Positions 26,645 through 36,608 of a stretch of DNA of 64,000 nucleotides are shown here, piece by piece. The stretch's first letter is position 1; every line of letters begins with the position of its first letter. The stretch covers positions 3,255 to 67,254 of the forward strand of contig CAYZYT010000008.1 of assembly GCA_964482725.1 (NCBI GenBank). The letters are read 5' to 3'. The translations under genes and the position numbers were made by a program. Source of the stretch: an uncultured bacterium. GTDB lineage: Bacteria; Omnitrophota; Omnitrophia; Omnitrophales; Aquincolibacteriaceae. The notes under the pieces are model-generated. The model was not told the origin of the DNA. It saw only the letters and a program-made list of their open reading frames with translations, and made no database searches.

Positions 26645-26763
26645 GCAACCATCCCAACTTTATATTTTCCATATGAAGGGTAGTTGGGATGGCCCCAATC
26701 ACAGCAAAGCTGTGATTGATCGGTATTGGGATCGCTTCGTTTAAATTGATAGGTATTTGGGAC
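26645..26763. repeat. intergenic repeat element copy R1 (inverted orientation relative to R2), directly upstream of prfB
   Basis: The reverse complement aligns with 34246-34328 over the GGTCCCAATACC core and the CAATCACAGC-loop-GCTGTGATTG hairpin. Also has a 10-bp CATCCCAACT/AGTTGGGATG hairpin. Confidence 0.6.
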
Positions 26764-26764
26764 C

Positions 26765-27875
26765 ATGAAAGAAGAAATTGCCGCGATCAAGGACCGCATT
26801 ACGGATCTCAAGGAAAAACTCCGAGAGATAAGGGGGTATCTTTGACCTGGAGGCTCAGGAGCGCGAGATCTCGAACATCAACATAAAGATGACCGCGGCG
26901 GATTTCTGGGATCGTCCGCAGGATGCCCAGGCCACGGTCGAGCGTCTGAAAGTCCTCAAGAAAGTCGTGGATCCCTGGCACAAAGCCCATCAAACTTCCG
27001 TCGATCTTCTGGAACTCATCGGGATGATGGATGAAAATCAGGGGGAATCCCTGAAGGAATTTCAGGACGACGTAGCGAAACTTTCCCGGGAAGTCGAACT
27101 GCTGGAATTCCAGAGGCTTTTGTCGGGTCCCTTTGATCCAAACAATGCGATCGTAAGTATTAACTCCGGCGCCGGCGGGACTGAGGCCTGTGACTGGGCT
27201 CAGATGCTCTATCGCATGTACACGCGCTGGGCCGAGCAACATGGTTATGCGGTGCAGATGGTCGATCTGATGCAGGGGGAGGAGGCGGGGATCAAAAGTG
27301 CGACTTTTATCGTGCAGGGCGCTTATGCGTATGGTTATTTAAAAGCGGAATCAGGGGTGCACCGGCTCGTGAGGATCTCGCCTTTTGACGCAAATAAACG
27401 CCGCCATACATCTTTCGCGTCCATGGATGTGATCGCGGAAGTGGATGATATCCCGGAGATCGAGATCAAAGATGACGATATCCGGATCGATGCCTTCCGG
27501 GCCGGCGGTGCGGGAGGTCAGCATGTGAACAAAACCTCGAGCGCGATCCGTATCACGCATCTTGCAACCGGGATCGTTACTCAGTGCCAGAATGAGCGTT
27601 CTCAGACTCAGAACAAACAGGTGGCGATGAAGGTTTTGAAGGCGCGGCTTTATGAAAGGCTGCTGCAGGAAAAAGAAGCGGCGCTTGCGACGCAATATGG
27701 GCCCAAAAAAAAGATCGAGTGGGGTTCTCAGATCCGCTCTTATGTTTTTCATCCCTATACGATGGTGAAGGACCACCGCACGGATTTCGAGACCTCGAAC
27801 GGGGATGCGGTGATGGACGGCAAGTTAGATGAATTTATCGAAGCTTATTTGAAACAGAATGTAACGAAAAGCTAG
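26765..27875 (+). CDS. prfB: peptide chain release factor 2, with programmed +1 ribosomal frameshift at codon 26/27 (CUU UGA C, 26840-26846)
   Basis: Frame 0 reads MKEEIAAIKDRITDLKEKLREIRGYL then UGA. The shift site has the canonical SD-like AGGGGG, a 3-nt spacer, then CTT TGA C. The +1 frame continues DLEAQERE... into the RF2 body (GGQHVNKTSSAIRITH, SPF). Confidence 0.9.
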
Positions 27876-27950
27876 GATAGAGGATAGCGGATGGAGGATG
27901 GCGAGAAACTTGATTTGCGCCTTCCGCCCTCCTCCCTCCGATATCCGGAA
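27876..27950. repeat. GGAGG-rich imperfect palindrome (E1) between prfB and the SPFH gene
   Basis: GGATAGCGGATGGAGG ... CCTCCCTCCGATATCC. Shares CCCTCCTCCCTCCGATATCCG with E2. Confidence 0.5.
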
Positions 27951-27968
27951 TAGTTTAAGGAGATTAAA

Positions 27969-28772
27969 ATGAAAAAGTTTGCGCAACTCTTTATGGTTGT
28001 CGTCGCGTGTTGCATGCTTTCCGGCTGCGTCGTGCAGGTTGAGGACGGTCAGGTCGGTGTGAAGAATGATTTTGGGCACATCCACGATGAAGTGCTGAAC
28101 GCCGGATGGCATTTCTTTGTGCCGGCGATCACTCAGATCGAATTATGGAACGTCAAGTTGCAGGAGCTCAAAGAAACCGCCGAAGTCCCTTCCTCGGAAG
28201 GGTTGATCTCGCAGCTGGATATTTCGATCATGTACCATGTGCCGGCCGACAAGGCGAGCTTTGTCCGCAAAAAGATCGGTCCTTATTACGTCTCGGTGGT
28301 CCTGGAGCCTTATGTCCGGGAGTCGATCCGGAACGTGGCGAGTGGTTACGCGGTGAAAGCCCTTTATAGCGAGGCGGGGCGTAAGGAGATCGGCAAGAAT
28401 ATCCTTTCCTTTCTTCAGGGAAAACTGGATGAGAAGGGGATCATGATCCAGGATGTGCTTTTGCGGGATGTGAAGCTTCCCCCCTCGTTCTCACAGAGCA
28501 TTGAATTGAAATTGAAGGCCGAACAGGAAGCCCTTCAGAAAGAATTTGAATTGCTGAAGGCCAAGAAAGATGCCGAGATCGAAGTGGCGAAGGCGGAAGG
28601 GGTCGCCAAAGCCAACCAGATCATCGGAGATTCTCTGAAAAGCAATGACTCCTATTTAAAGTATCTATGGATCCGGGGTCTTAAGGATACCAAGGGCCAG
28701 GTCATTTATGTGCCCACCGAAGCCGGGCTTCCGATCCTTGAAGCCTCGAGGAATCAAACCAAATCAACATAG
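27969..28772 (+). CDS. SPFH/band-7 (prohibitin/HflC-like) lipoprotein
   Basis: Lipobox LSGC, SPFH-domain pattern, and a coiled-coil C-terminal region. Confidence 0.75.
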   Translation: MKKFAQLFMVVVACCMLSGCVVQVEDGQVGVKNDFGHIHDEVLNAGWHFFVPAITQIELWNVKLQELKETAEVPSSEGLISQLDISIMYHVPADKASFVRKKIGPYYVSVVLEPYVRESIRNVASGYAVKALYSEAGRKEIGKNILSFLQGKLDEKGIMIQDVLLRDVKLPPSFSQSIELKLKAEQEALQKEFELLKAKKDAEIEVAKAEGVAKANQIIGDSLKSNDSYLKYLWIRGLKDTKGQVIYVPTEAGLPILEASRNQTKST

Positions 28773-28845
28773 GATGGCGGAAGGCGGAGGGAGGATGGCA
28801 GCAGCGTTGCGCCATCCACCCTCCTCCCTCCGAGATCCGATAGGG
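28773..28845. repeat. GGAGG-rich imperfect palindrome (E2) between the SPFH gene and secA
   Basis: GGAGGGAGGATGGC ... GCCATCCACCCTCCTCCCTCCGAGATCCG. Confidence 0.5.
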
Positions 28846-28849
28846 AAAT

Positions 28850-31531
28850 ATGCTCAACTTTATCTTAAAAAAGATCTTTGGAACTCAGAACACCCGAACC
28901 TTGAAACTGCTATGGCCGGTCGTGGCCCAGGTGAATGCTCTGGAGCCTGACATTCAAAAACTAACGGATGCGGAGCTTCGGGCCAAGACCGATGAGTTCC
29001 GGAAACGACTCGCGGAAGGGGCCACGCTCGATGATATCCTCCCGGAAGCTTTCGCGGTGGTACGCGAAGCCTCGAAGCGGACGACTAAAATGCGTCATTT
29101 TGATGTCCAGATCCTCGGCGGGCTCGTGCTTCATAAGGGAAAGATTGCTGAAATGTCCACTGGTGAAGGAAAGACCCTTGTGGCCACGCTTCCGGTCTAT
29201 CTCAATGCGCTCGAAGGCAAAGGCGTGCATCTTGTGACCGTGAACGATTACCTGGCTCGCCGCGACCGGAACTGGATGGGGCCGATCTATGAATTTCTCG
29301 GACTCACGGTAGGCGTGATCCAACATGATATCCCGCAGGAAGAACGTCAACAAGCCTATGCTTCGGACATCACATTCGGCACGAACAACGAATTTGGGTT
29401 TGATTATCTGCGTGACAACATGGTCACCCAGATCGAAATGCGCGTTCAGCGGCCGCTTCATTACGCGATCGTCGACGAAGTGGATTCGATCCTGATCGAT
29501 GAGGCTCGCACCCCGCTCATCATCTCCGGTCCCGCGGAAGATTCGACGGATAAATACTATAAAGCTCAGCGCGCGGCGCTTGCGCTCAAGGAGCACAGGA
29601 TCGTAAAGGAAGAGGTTGACCCCGAGTGGAAGGCTAAGCTTGAAGAGATCAAAAAGACGGTGGATTACATTGCCGATGAAAAGGCCAAGACGATCCGTAT
29701 GACGGAGCAGGGGGAAACCAAGGCCGCGAAGCTTATGGGTGTGAACAACATGCATGATTCGGATACGGTTGCGGAGCGGCATCACATCATGACCGCCTTG
29801 CGGGCCAAAGAGTTTTTTGAGAAGGACGTGGATTATGTGATCAAGGATGACGAGATCCTGATCGTCGATGAATTCACGGGCCGCCTCATGCCGGGCCGTC
29901 GTTTTTCAGACGGGTTGCATCAGGCGCTTGAAGCCAAAGAGGGCGTGGAGATCCGCCGCGAGAACCAGACGCTTGCGACCGTGACGTTCCAGAATTATTT
30001 CCGTATGTACAAAAAACTAGGCGGGATGACCGGGACCGCCGCGACCGAGGCGCTCGAGTTCGATAAGATCTATAAACTGGATGTGGTGGTGATGCCGCCG
30101 AACCGTCCGTGCGTGCGCATCGATTCGGCGGATTGTATTTACAGGACCGAGAAAGAAAAATTCGATGCGGTCGTGCGCGAAGTTGCGGAAGAACATAAAA
30201 AAGGAAGGCCGGTGCTGGTCGGGACGATCTCGATCGAAAAGTCCGAACGCCTGAGCCGCATGCTGCAGAAGATCAATCTTCCGCATGTTGTCTTGAATGC
30301 CAAGTATCACGAAAAAGAAGCCGAGATCGTGGCGCAGGCCGGACAGCCGGCCGTGGTGACGATCGCGACGAATATGGCGGGTCGCGGAACGGATATCGTG
30401 CTCGGGCCTGGGGTGGCGGATAAGGGCGGGCTGACGGTGATCGGGACCCAACGACATGAGGCCCGGCGTATCGATAATCAGTTGCGGGGCCGGTGCGGAC
30501 GCCAGGGCGATCCAGGCTCTTCGAAATTCTTTATCTCGATGGAAGATGAACTGATGCGTCTTTTTGGGTCGGACCGGATCTCGTCTATGATGCAGCGCCT
30601 CGGGATGCAGGAAGGCGACGAGATCCAGCATCCGCTCGTGAGCCGGGCCATGGAAACGGCGCAAAAGCGCGTGGAGGCGCACAACTTCGAGATCCGCAAA
30701 CACTTGCTTGAGTATGATGACGTGATGAACCGTCAGCGCGAACTGATCTATGGCGAGCGCGATCTGGTCTTGAAGGGTTCTCCGGAAGAACTGAAGAAGC
30801 ATGTTCTTTTGATGGTCGAGAATGTGGTGGAGAGCCTGGTGTTGACCTATGTCAATCCGGATATTCGGGAAGAGGACAAGAATCCCGAAGGCCTGATCTC
30901 GGCATTGAGTGAAAAATTCGGTGCGGGTTTCCGCGAAGTCGTAGAAAAGAATCTGGACGATATGGACGGGCTGCTCGAGGCCTTGGAGGAAAAAGTGGGT
31001 GAGCAGCTGAATCGCCGGGAACAGGAGTTCGGGCCGGAACGCATGCAATATCTGGTGCGGTACATCCTTCTTCAGGTGATCGACACGAAATGGAAGGAAC
31101 ATCTCTATGGGCTCGACAATCTTCGCGAGGGGATCGGGCTTAGGGCCTATGGACAGCGCGACCCGCTTGTGGAATACAAGCGCGAAGCTTTTGATATGTT
31201 CGATCAAATGACAGACCGTGTGAAGGAAGAAGCCGTCGAACTTCTTTTTCGGGTCCAGCAGGTCCATGAGACCAAGCTTGCGAACCCGATCGAGGATTCC
31301 AAGGCCCAGTATCTGCATCCCGAAGCGGGATTGTCAGAAAGCAAAGGGCCGTCTTCCTCAAAATTGCCCCGGGGCATGGGCGCTCCGTCGCCTTTTTCTC
31401 CGCGCAATGAGGCTCCGGACGATCAAGCGCCGGCTCCCATCAAGCGGGTTCATGATAAAGTCGGTCGCAACGATCCTTGTCCCTGCGGCAGCGGCCAAAA
31501 ATATAAAAAGTGCTGCGGAATTAACGAATAG
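28850..31531 (+). CDS. secA: preprotein translocase ATPase SecA
   Basis: 893 aa with Walker/DEAD-like motifs and a C-terminal zinc-binding tail [14 protein letters not shown]. Confidence 0.95.
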   Translation: MLNFILKKIFGTQNTRTLKLLWPVVAQVNALEPDIQKLTDAELRAKTDEFRKRLAEGATLDDILPEAFAVVREASKRTTKMRHFDVQILGGLVLHKGKIAEMSTGEGKTLVATLPVYLNALEGKGVHLVTVNDYLARRDRNWMGPIYEFLGLTVGVIQHDIPQEERQQAYASDITFGTNNEFGFDYLRDNMVTQIEMRVQRPLHYAIVDEVDSILIDEARTPLIISGPAEDSTDKYYKAQRAALALKEHRIVKEEVDPEWKAKLEEIKKTVDYIADEKAKTIRMTEQGETKAAKLMGVNNMHDSDTVAERHHIMTALRAKEFFEKDVDYVIKDDEILIVDEFTGRLMPGRRFSDGLHQALEAKEGVEIRRENQTLATVTFQNYFRMYKKLGGMTGTAATEALEFDKIYKLDVVVMPPNRPCVRIDSADCIYRTEKEKFDAVVREVAEEHKKGRPVLVGTISIEKSERLSRMLQKINLPHVVLNAKYHEKEAEIVAQAGQPAVVTIATNMAGRGTDIVLGPGVADKGGLTVIGTQRHEARRIDNQLRGRCGRQGDPGSSKFFISMEDELMRLFGSDRISSMMQRLGMQEGDEIQHPLVSRAMETAQKRVEAHNFEIRKHLLEYDDVMNRQRELIYGERDLVLKGSPEELKKHVLLMVENVVESLVLTYVNPDIREEDKNPEGLISALSEKFGAGFREVVEKNLDDMDGLLEALEEKVGEQLNRREQEFGPERMQYLVRYILLQVIDTKWKEHLYGLDNLREGIGLRAYGQRDPLVEYKREAFDMFDQMTDRVKEEAVELLFRVQQVHETKLANPIEDSKAQYLHPEAGLSESKGPSSSKLPRGMGAPSPFSPRNEAPDDQAPAPIKRVHDKVGRNDPCPCGSGQKYKKCCGINE

Positions 31532-31612
31532 AGACAAAGATGCATAGACGCACAGAAGCAAAGAATTTTAGAGTTCTAAGGTTCTCTGTTTCTTGTTTCT
31601 TGGCTTCTGCAG
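31532..31612. repeat. AGAAGCAAAGA-rich imperfect palindrome upstream of lnt
   Basis: CAGAAGCAAAGAA ... TTCTTGGCTTCTG. Related words recur at 33170-33360. Confidence 0.45.
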
Positions 31613-31616
31613 TTTC

Positions 31617-33212
31617 ATGAAGCCTTCTGCCGAACGAAGTGTCCCGTATTCCTTTCTTCGCACGCCCTATCTCTATCAAATCGTTTCCGGTCTGCTCCTG
31701 GCGCTCTGCTATCCCTCCACGGGCTGGGGGTTCCTGGCCTGGTTTGCTCTCGTGCCGCTTCTTGCCTCCCTGCATCATGCTCAGAATCATTCTCAGGCCC
31801 TGGGTTTTGGGCTGATCACCGGGATCGTCTTCTTTGTTTTCTCTATTCATTGGCTGACTTATGTGTCGACCGTGGGCTGGCTCCTCGTGGTGCTGATGGA
31901 ATCGGTTTATCTCATGGCGTTCTCGTGGCTCGCGTATCTGGGGATCCGGTCCCCAAAATCCGTCCCCTTCAAGATCTTATGGATCGCGCTTGCGTGGACG
32001 GTGATGGAGATCCTTCGCTCCGAAATGCCGGTGTTCGGCTTCGGATGGAATCTGCTGGCCTATGCCCAGTCTCCTTATGTTTCTCTCATCCAGTTCGCCA
32101 ATGTTCTGGGTTCTTATGGCCTTGGTTTCTTGATCGTGTGTGTGAACGCATCCCTGATGTACGCCTGGTTCAGGCGCAAAGACTGGGGGGTGGCACTGAG
32201 TTTGGTCGCGGTCATTGTTTTGATTTTTGGCGGGCTTTGGAGCTACGGAACTACAGTTCTTGCAAAACCGGCGGCGCCTATGGAATATTTACGTGTCTCC
32301 GTGGTGCAGGGGAATATCCCGCAGTCCGTGAAATGGGAAATCATGGCCAAGGAGAAGATCCTTGAGATTTACGAGAAACTCACCCAGCTCGCGGCGCTTG
32401 AACAGCCGGACTTGATCCTTTGGCCGGAGGCTGCTTTCCCGGGTTATTTCAACCGGGACCTCCAGGCGGAACGGATCTCCCGGCTCGCGCAAGAGATCCA
32501 AACGCCGCTTTTGCTCGGCGGGCTTGAATGGGAAAGTGAAAGAGAATCCTATAACAGTGCTTATTTTCTAAAAAAAGATGGCGCCTCCGGACAGCGTTAC
32601 GACAAGCTTCGGCTGGTTCCCTTCGGAGAATACATTCCGCTCAAAGCTGTTTTTGGATGGCTGACACCGATTGCCGACGCGTTCGGGATCAGTGATTTTA
32701 ACGCCGGGAAAGATCCCGTGGTCTTCCGCTGGGCGCGCGAGGCCTGGCCCTTCGGGGTCCTGATCTGTTTCGAGGACGTCTTTCCGGATCTTGCGCGGGA
32801 GCTTGCGGATCGCGATGCGAAATTCCTTGTTGTGATCACGAATGATGCCTGGTTCGGGAAGACCGGCGCGCCTTTCCAGCATCTTCAGGCCTCGATCTTC
32901 CGTGCGGTGGAAAATGGCGTGGCGGTCATCCGGGCGGCCAATACCGGCGTTTCGGGGTTCATCTCTCATCAAGGGCGCGTCCTTGCAACTCTGAAAGATC
33001 CCAAAGGCGAAGCGACTTTTGTGATGGGGCAGAAGACGCTCGACTTGCCGCTGATCGCGGAGCGGACGCTTTTCCGGCAAGGCGGATTTTTATTTCCGTA
33101 TTTTGCGGTGGCTCTCTTTTTGATCATGGGGTTATTCTTATTCAGAAAAAGGCTCGCTAATGAGAAGCAGAGAATCAAAGAGACAGAGATGCCGAGAGAC
33201 AGAGACGCATAG
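31617..33212 (+). CDS. lnt: apolipoprotein N-acyltransferase
   Basis: N-terminal multi-TM region followed by a CN-hydrolase domain (EAAFPGY, ICFED, NDAWFG). Start could be 31593 or 31617. Confidence 0.85.
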   Translation: MKPSAERSVPYSFLRTPYLYQIVSGLLLALCYPSTGWGFLAWFALVPLLASLHHAQNHSQALGFGLITGIVFFVFSIHWLTYVSTVGWLLVVLMESVYLMAFSWLAYLGIRSPKSVPFKILWIALAWTVMEILRSEMPVFGFGWNLLAYAQSPYVSLIQFANVLGSYGLGFLIVCVNASLMYAWFRRKDWGVALSLVAVIVLIFGGLWSYGTTVLAKPAAPMEYLRVSVVQGNIPQSVKWEIMAKEKILEIYEKLTQLAALEQPDLILWPEAAFPGYFNRDLQAERISRLAQEIQTPLLLGGLEWESERESYNSAYFLKKDGASGQRYDKLRLVPFGEYIPLKAVFGWLTPIADAFGISDFNAGKDPVVFRWAREAWPFGVLICFEDVFPDLARELADRDAKFLVVITNDAWFGKTGAPFQHLQASIFRAVENGVAVIRAANTGVSGFISHQGRVLATLKDPKGEATFVMGQKTLDLPLIAERTLFRQGGFLFPYFAVALFLIMGLFLFRKRLANEKQRIKETEMPRDRDA

Positions 33213-33360
33213 AAACAAAGAAGCCAAGGGGCGTAGAGGTGAAGATGCATAGAAACAAAGAAGCAAAGAGGCATAGAAGCATAGAAAGGAGCAGGATTTT
33301 CTTCTGCTTTTTCTTGAGTCTCTGCTTCTCTGCGTCTTGTGTGTTTTCCGGTTGCGTCCG
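33170..33360. repeat. AGAAGCAAAGA / CATAGAAACAAAGAAGC low-complexity direct and inverted repeats downstream of lnt
   Basis: GCATAGAAACAAAGAAGC occurs three times, with complementary TTCTGCTTTTTCTTG and CTGCTTCTCTGCGTCT arms. Confidence 0.45.
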
Positions 33361-33486
33361 CGTCGGCGCAGGGGCCGGCTATTGGCATACCCACCCGGAC
33401 GGCGGTACGACCGTGAAACAGGCAGGCTTCGACACGGCCCATTTGATTCCCGGGGATTCGACGGCAGGAAAAATTACGGTTTAAAG

Positions 33487-34245
33487 CTAGATCAGGGAAA
33501 GGCCACCGTCGGCAATCACTGTTTGGCCGACGATCCATGAGGATTCGGGGGAGCAGAGGAATGCCACGACGCGCGCAAGGTCTTCGGGCTTTCCGATCCT
33601 GCCGCCCGGAGTTCTTTTTAGCACCTCCGCTTTGAAATCGTCAAAAAACGGGAACATTTTCAACGCGTCCGTATCCACCAACCCGCCTGAGACGCAATTC
33701 ACGCGGATCCCTTTAGGCATCAATTCTACGGCCAAGTAGCGCATCGTGGCTTCGATCGCGGCTTTGGAGATGCCGATGGCGCCGTAATTGGGAATAAAAT
33801 GGTGTGCGCCCAAACTTGAGAGGGCGATGATGATGCCTTCTTTTTTGGCCTCCATGATCGGAAGGGCCTTTTGCGCAAGGGCGAGGAACGCTTTGGCATT
33901 GATGTTCATCGAAAGGTCCCAGTGGTTCATCTTGAGCCGGTGGACGGCTTTGAATGCGCCCAGGGCGGCATTGTGGATCAGGATATCGAGGGTTCCAAAG
34001 GTTTTGAGGATGTCTTCAAAGAGAGCTTTGTGCGAATCGAGGTCTCCGACATTCGCCTGGAATGCGGCAGCTTTCACGCCTTTGGCGAGGAGTTCGTCGA
34101 CCGTTTTCCGGGCAGCGTCTTCATTTTGGAGATAATTGACCGCGATATGGACGCCATCGTCGGCTAAACGGAGGGCGATGGCCCGTCCGATCCCTCGGGA
34201 AGCTCCGGTGATGAGTGCAACTTTGCCTTTCATAGAATTTAGCAT
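33487..34245 (-). CDS. fabL: enoyl-ACP reductase, FabL (ENR III) type SDR
   Basis: Strong similarity to B. subtilis FabL: TGASRGIGRA, WDLSMNINAKAF, and SSLGAHHFIPNYGAIGISKAA (Tyr-x6-Lys) ... YLAVELMPKGIRVNCVSGGLVDTDALKMFP. Confidence 0.8.
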   Translation of the reverse strand: MLNSMKGKVALITGASRGIGRAIALRLADDGVHIAVNYLQNEDAARKTVDELLAKGVKAAAFQANVGDLDSHKALFEDILKTFGTLDILIHNAALGAFKAVHRLKMNHWDLSMNINAKAFLALAQKALPIMEAKKEGIIIALSSLGAHHFIPNYGAIGISKAAIEATMRYLAVELMPKGIRVNCVSGGLVDTDALKMFPFFDDFKAEVLKRTPGGRIGKPEDLARVVAFLCSPESSWIVGQTVIADGGLSLI

Positions 34246-34372
34246 AGTCCCAATACCTTTCAATTTTAACGAAGCGGTCCCAATACCAATCAATCACAGC
34301 TTTCTGTGATTGGCGCCGTCCAAGTCGCCGTCCCAAAAAATAAAGACTTGGACGGAAATTGGGGCAATCCCG
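34246..34372. repeat. intergenic repeat element copy R2 (GCGGTCCCAATACC core, CAATCACAGC/GCTGTGATTG hairpin, GTCCAAGTC/GACTTGGAC hairpin)
   Basis: Aligns with R1 (inverted), R3 and R4. Overlaps the first codons of fabL. Confidence 0.6.
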
Positions 34373-34517
34373 GCAGCCATTGATGATATGAAAATAAATA
34401 CAAGATGGGCGATAAGATAACAGATAATAGAGCAAATCCAAAAGAAAAAAAGATTCTTGGGGCTCCTCGAAGGGCTATGCTATAATTTCCCGCTCAAAAA
34501 CCACAACGAACGAGATC

Positions 34518-35138
34518 GTGAATTCTATCAAGAATTATCTGCAGGTCTTTCAGCGCCGGGTACTGGACGGGATCGTCAAACATTTCGCCCACGGCGCGCT
34601 TGAGGCTCGGGCGGAAAAGATCGTTCAGCTTTTTGAAAATCAGATCCCGAGGGGAAGCCGGATCCTGGATTTGGGAGGCGGGTGGGGTTTTTACGCAGAG
34701 CCTCTCAAAAAGAGAGGGCACGAGCATCTCGTTTTGGACGTCGTGAACCCGGGCTATCAGAAGGCCCCTGTGGTGCTGTATGACGGCCTGAAGATCCCGT
34801 TCCCGGATCAAAGTTTTGATGTCACGATCCTCATGACCATGTTGCACCACGTGCCGGACCCGCAGGCGCTTTTTAAAGAAGTGCTCAGGGTGACGCGCCA
34901 CAAGGTCGTAGTCGTCGAGGATCTCTATTGCCACGCAGCGGGGCGGTTCTGGACCATTTGTAGAGATCGTTTTTTAAATGTAGAGTTCACAACTCATCCG
35001 CACCAGTTCCGTTCGGATGGTGGCTGGCGGGATTTTTTTAAAGCTTCGGGTTTTGAGGTCAGCTCTTTTAAAAGTTTTTATACTTGGCTTTCAGGATTTC
35101 GCATCCTGAATGGTGTTTACGTTTTGGAGAAATCGTAA
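34518..35138 (+). CDS. class I SAM-dependent methyltransferase
   Basis: Motif I ILDLGGGWGFY and post-I acidic residue. GTG start. A TATAAT box lies at about 34477. Confidence 0.75.
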   Translation: MNSIKNYLQVFQRRVLDGIVKHFAHGALEARAEKIVQLFENQIPRGSRILDLGGGWGFYAEPLKKRGHEHLVLDVVNPGYQKAPVVLYDGLKIPFPDQSFDVTILMTMLHHVPDPQALFKEVLRVTRHKVVVVEDLYCHAAGRFWTICRDRFLNVEFTTHPHQFRSDGGWRDFFKASGFEVSSFKSFYTWLSGFRILNGVYVLEKS

Positions 35139-35170
35139 CCAAATGTCATCCCCGCTGGAAGCATTCAGGG

Positions 35171-35602
35171 ATGACAAAGGGAAGATATCGAACGATGACA
35201 CGGCTTGCGATCGAAAAGATACTCTGGATCAAAGAAGGTGAGGGCATTACGGCCTGTGGCCGTATCCCAGAGGATTCCGAATTTTTTAAGGACCATTTCC
35301 CGGGGTTCCCCGTGTTGCCGGGGGTGTTGGCGCTTGAGATGCTTAAGCAGACTGCGGAGCGGTATCTGGCGTCCCTTCCGAGCGGTGAAGGACAGCATTA
35401 TTTCTTGAAGCAGATCCGAGCGACCCGGTTTACGAAATATCTCAGGCCCGGCGATGAATGGGAAAGTCGTCTCATGCTCACGCAAAGCGAGGGAGAGGAA
35501 ACGACCTGGGACGCTAAATTGTTTTATCACGGCGATGTCGCCGTATCGGCCAAGTTGACGTTGGCCAAAGTTAAGAACCCGCAATCATCAGCAGTGTCAT
35601 AG
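35171..35602 (+). CDS. FabA/FabZ-like hotdog 3-hydroxyacyl-ACP dehydratase (DH1)
   Basis: FPGFPVLPGVLALEMLKQ active-site region. Confidence 0.75.
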   Translation: MTKGRYRTMTRLAIEKILWIKEGEGITACGRIPEDSEFFKDHFPGFPVLPGVLALEMLKQTAERYLASLPSGEGQHYFLKQIRATRFTKYLRPGDEWESRLMLTQSEGEETTWDAKLFYHGDVAVSAKLTLAKVKNPQSSAVS

Positions 35603-35624
35603 ACAACTTAGGAAGGACGATAGA

Positions 35625-36038
35625 ATGATCATGGAGAAAGAACTCTTTACGAAAGTTCAGCAAACACTTGCCGGCGCCCTCGGCGTCGATGAGGCGGATA
35701 TCGTGCCGGAAGCTTCCTTGAAGCGGGATCTTGGCGCAGAGTCCATCGATTTCATTGATATCGTTTTCCGTCTTGAGAAGGCGTTTGATCTCAAGATCCC
35801 GGCCGGAGATCTTTTTCCGAGCCATCTTCTGAACGATGAGCGCTTCGTGAAGGAAGGCATGGTCACGCCGGAGGGGCTCGCGGAGCTTCGTACAAAGCTG
35901 CCTTACCTCGAACTCGAAGAATTCACCAAAGATCCTCAGATCACAAAGCTGGCGGATTGTTTTACGGTGAAGATGCTGCTTCGTTATCTGAACGACCGCT
36001 TGGGCAAGAGTTCCTGCGACGATCAATGCTGCTCGTAA
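35625..36038 (+). CDS. acyl carrier protein with unusual C-terminal extension of about 50 aa (ends ...SSCDDQCCS)
   Basis: Phosphopantetheine-site context DLGAESIDFIDIVFRLEKAF. GGAAGGA RBS. 137 aa versus about 80 aa for a typical ACP. Confidence 0.75.
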   Translation: MIMEKELFTKVQQTLAGALGVDEADIVPEASLKRDLGAESIDFIDIVFRLEKAFDLKIPAGDLFPSHLLNDERFVKEGMVTPEGLAELRTKLPYLELEEFTKDPQITKLADCFTVKMLLRYLNDRLGKSSCDDQCCS

Positions 36039-36607
36039 AACAAAAAACCGCCAGCTCAAAACACAGAGCGAGGCTCGCCCCAGCTTCCAATTACAGTCGA
36101 GGGGCGGCCACGCTGTGCGGCGTGGGTGTGGATCTGGTGTCCTGCCACCGCGTGAGGCAATTTCTTTCGCGCCACCGGGATTATGTTCGCGAACGTTTCC
36201 TGAATCCCTCGGAGCGTCGGTCCTTCAAACGTCTTTCCCTCCAAGCCTTTGCGGAACTTTTTACGGCCAAGGAAGCCTTTTTCAAGGCGTGCGGCGAGTC
36301 GTGGATGGGGCTCGAAGGGTTCCAGGGCATGCGGATGAAACGATGCGAGGGTGATCATTTTGAGATGGAATGGCGGACCGGGCGCACCCAGAAGCTCTAT
36401 CGCGGGGAAGGGCATTTTTTCCGAAGCGGGGACCTGGTAGGCGCGCAGGCCATGATCTGGAGATGGAGCCCCACGGCTTTACGATCGCGGTCCCCACATG
36501 TTTTAGCGACATCCCGCCGCCGAAGTATCCACGCCAAAATGCGGCGGGATTATCCCGCGTCTTCATTGCCGGCTTTACAGCCGGTGCCTTCGGCGAAGGC
36601 GGGATAA
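36017..36607 (+). CDS. acpS: holo-ACP synthase (AcpS-type 4'-phosphopantetheinyl transferase); start uncertain (ATG 36017 overlapping the ACP stop, or GTG about 36122)
   Basis: GVGVDLV ... FLNPSERRSF ... FTAKEAFFKACG aligns with the AcpS motifs GIGxDI and FAAKEAxxKAxG. C-terminal extension of about 40 aa is non-conserved. Confidence 0.65.
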   Translation, partial: RRSMLLVKQKTASSKHRARLAPASNYSRGAATLCGVGVDLVSCHRVRQFLSRHRDYVRERFLNPSERRSFKRLSLQAFAELFTAKEAFFKACGESWMGLEGFQGMRMKRCEGDHFEMEWRTGRTQKLYRGEGHFFRSGDLVGAQAMIWRWSPTALRSRSPHVLATSRRRSIHAKMRRDYPASSLPALQPVPSAKAG

Positions 36608-36608
36608 C

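Noticed and set aside
35957-36607. 216-aa ORF call starting at 35957 for the PPTase
   Set aside because: The 5' portion overlaps the ACP coding sequence in another frame. The real start is more likely the ATG at 36017 (ATG overlapping the ACP stop) or the GTG at about 36122 preceding the conserved GVGVDLV motif.
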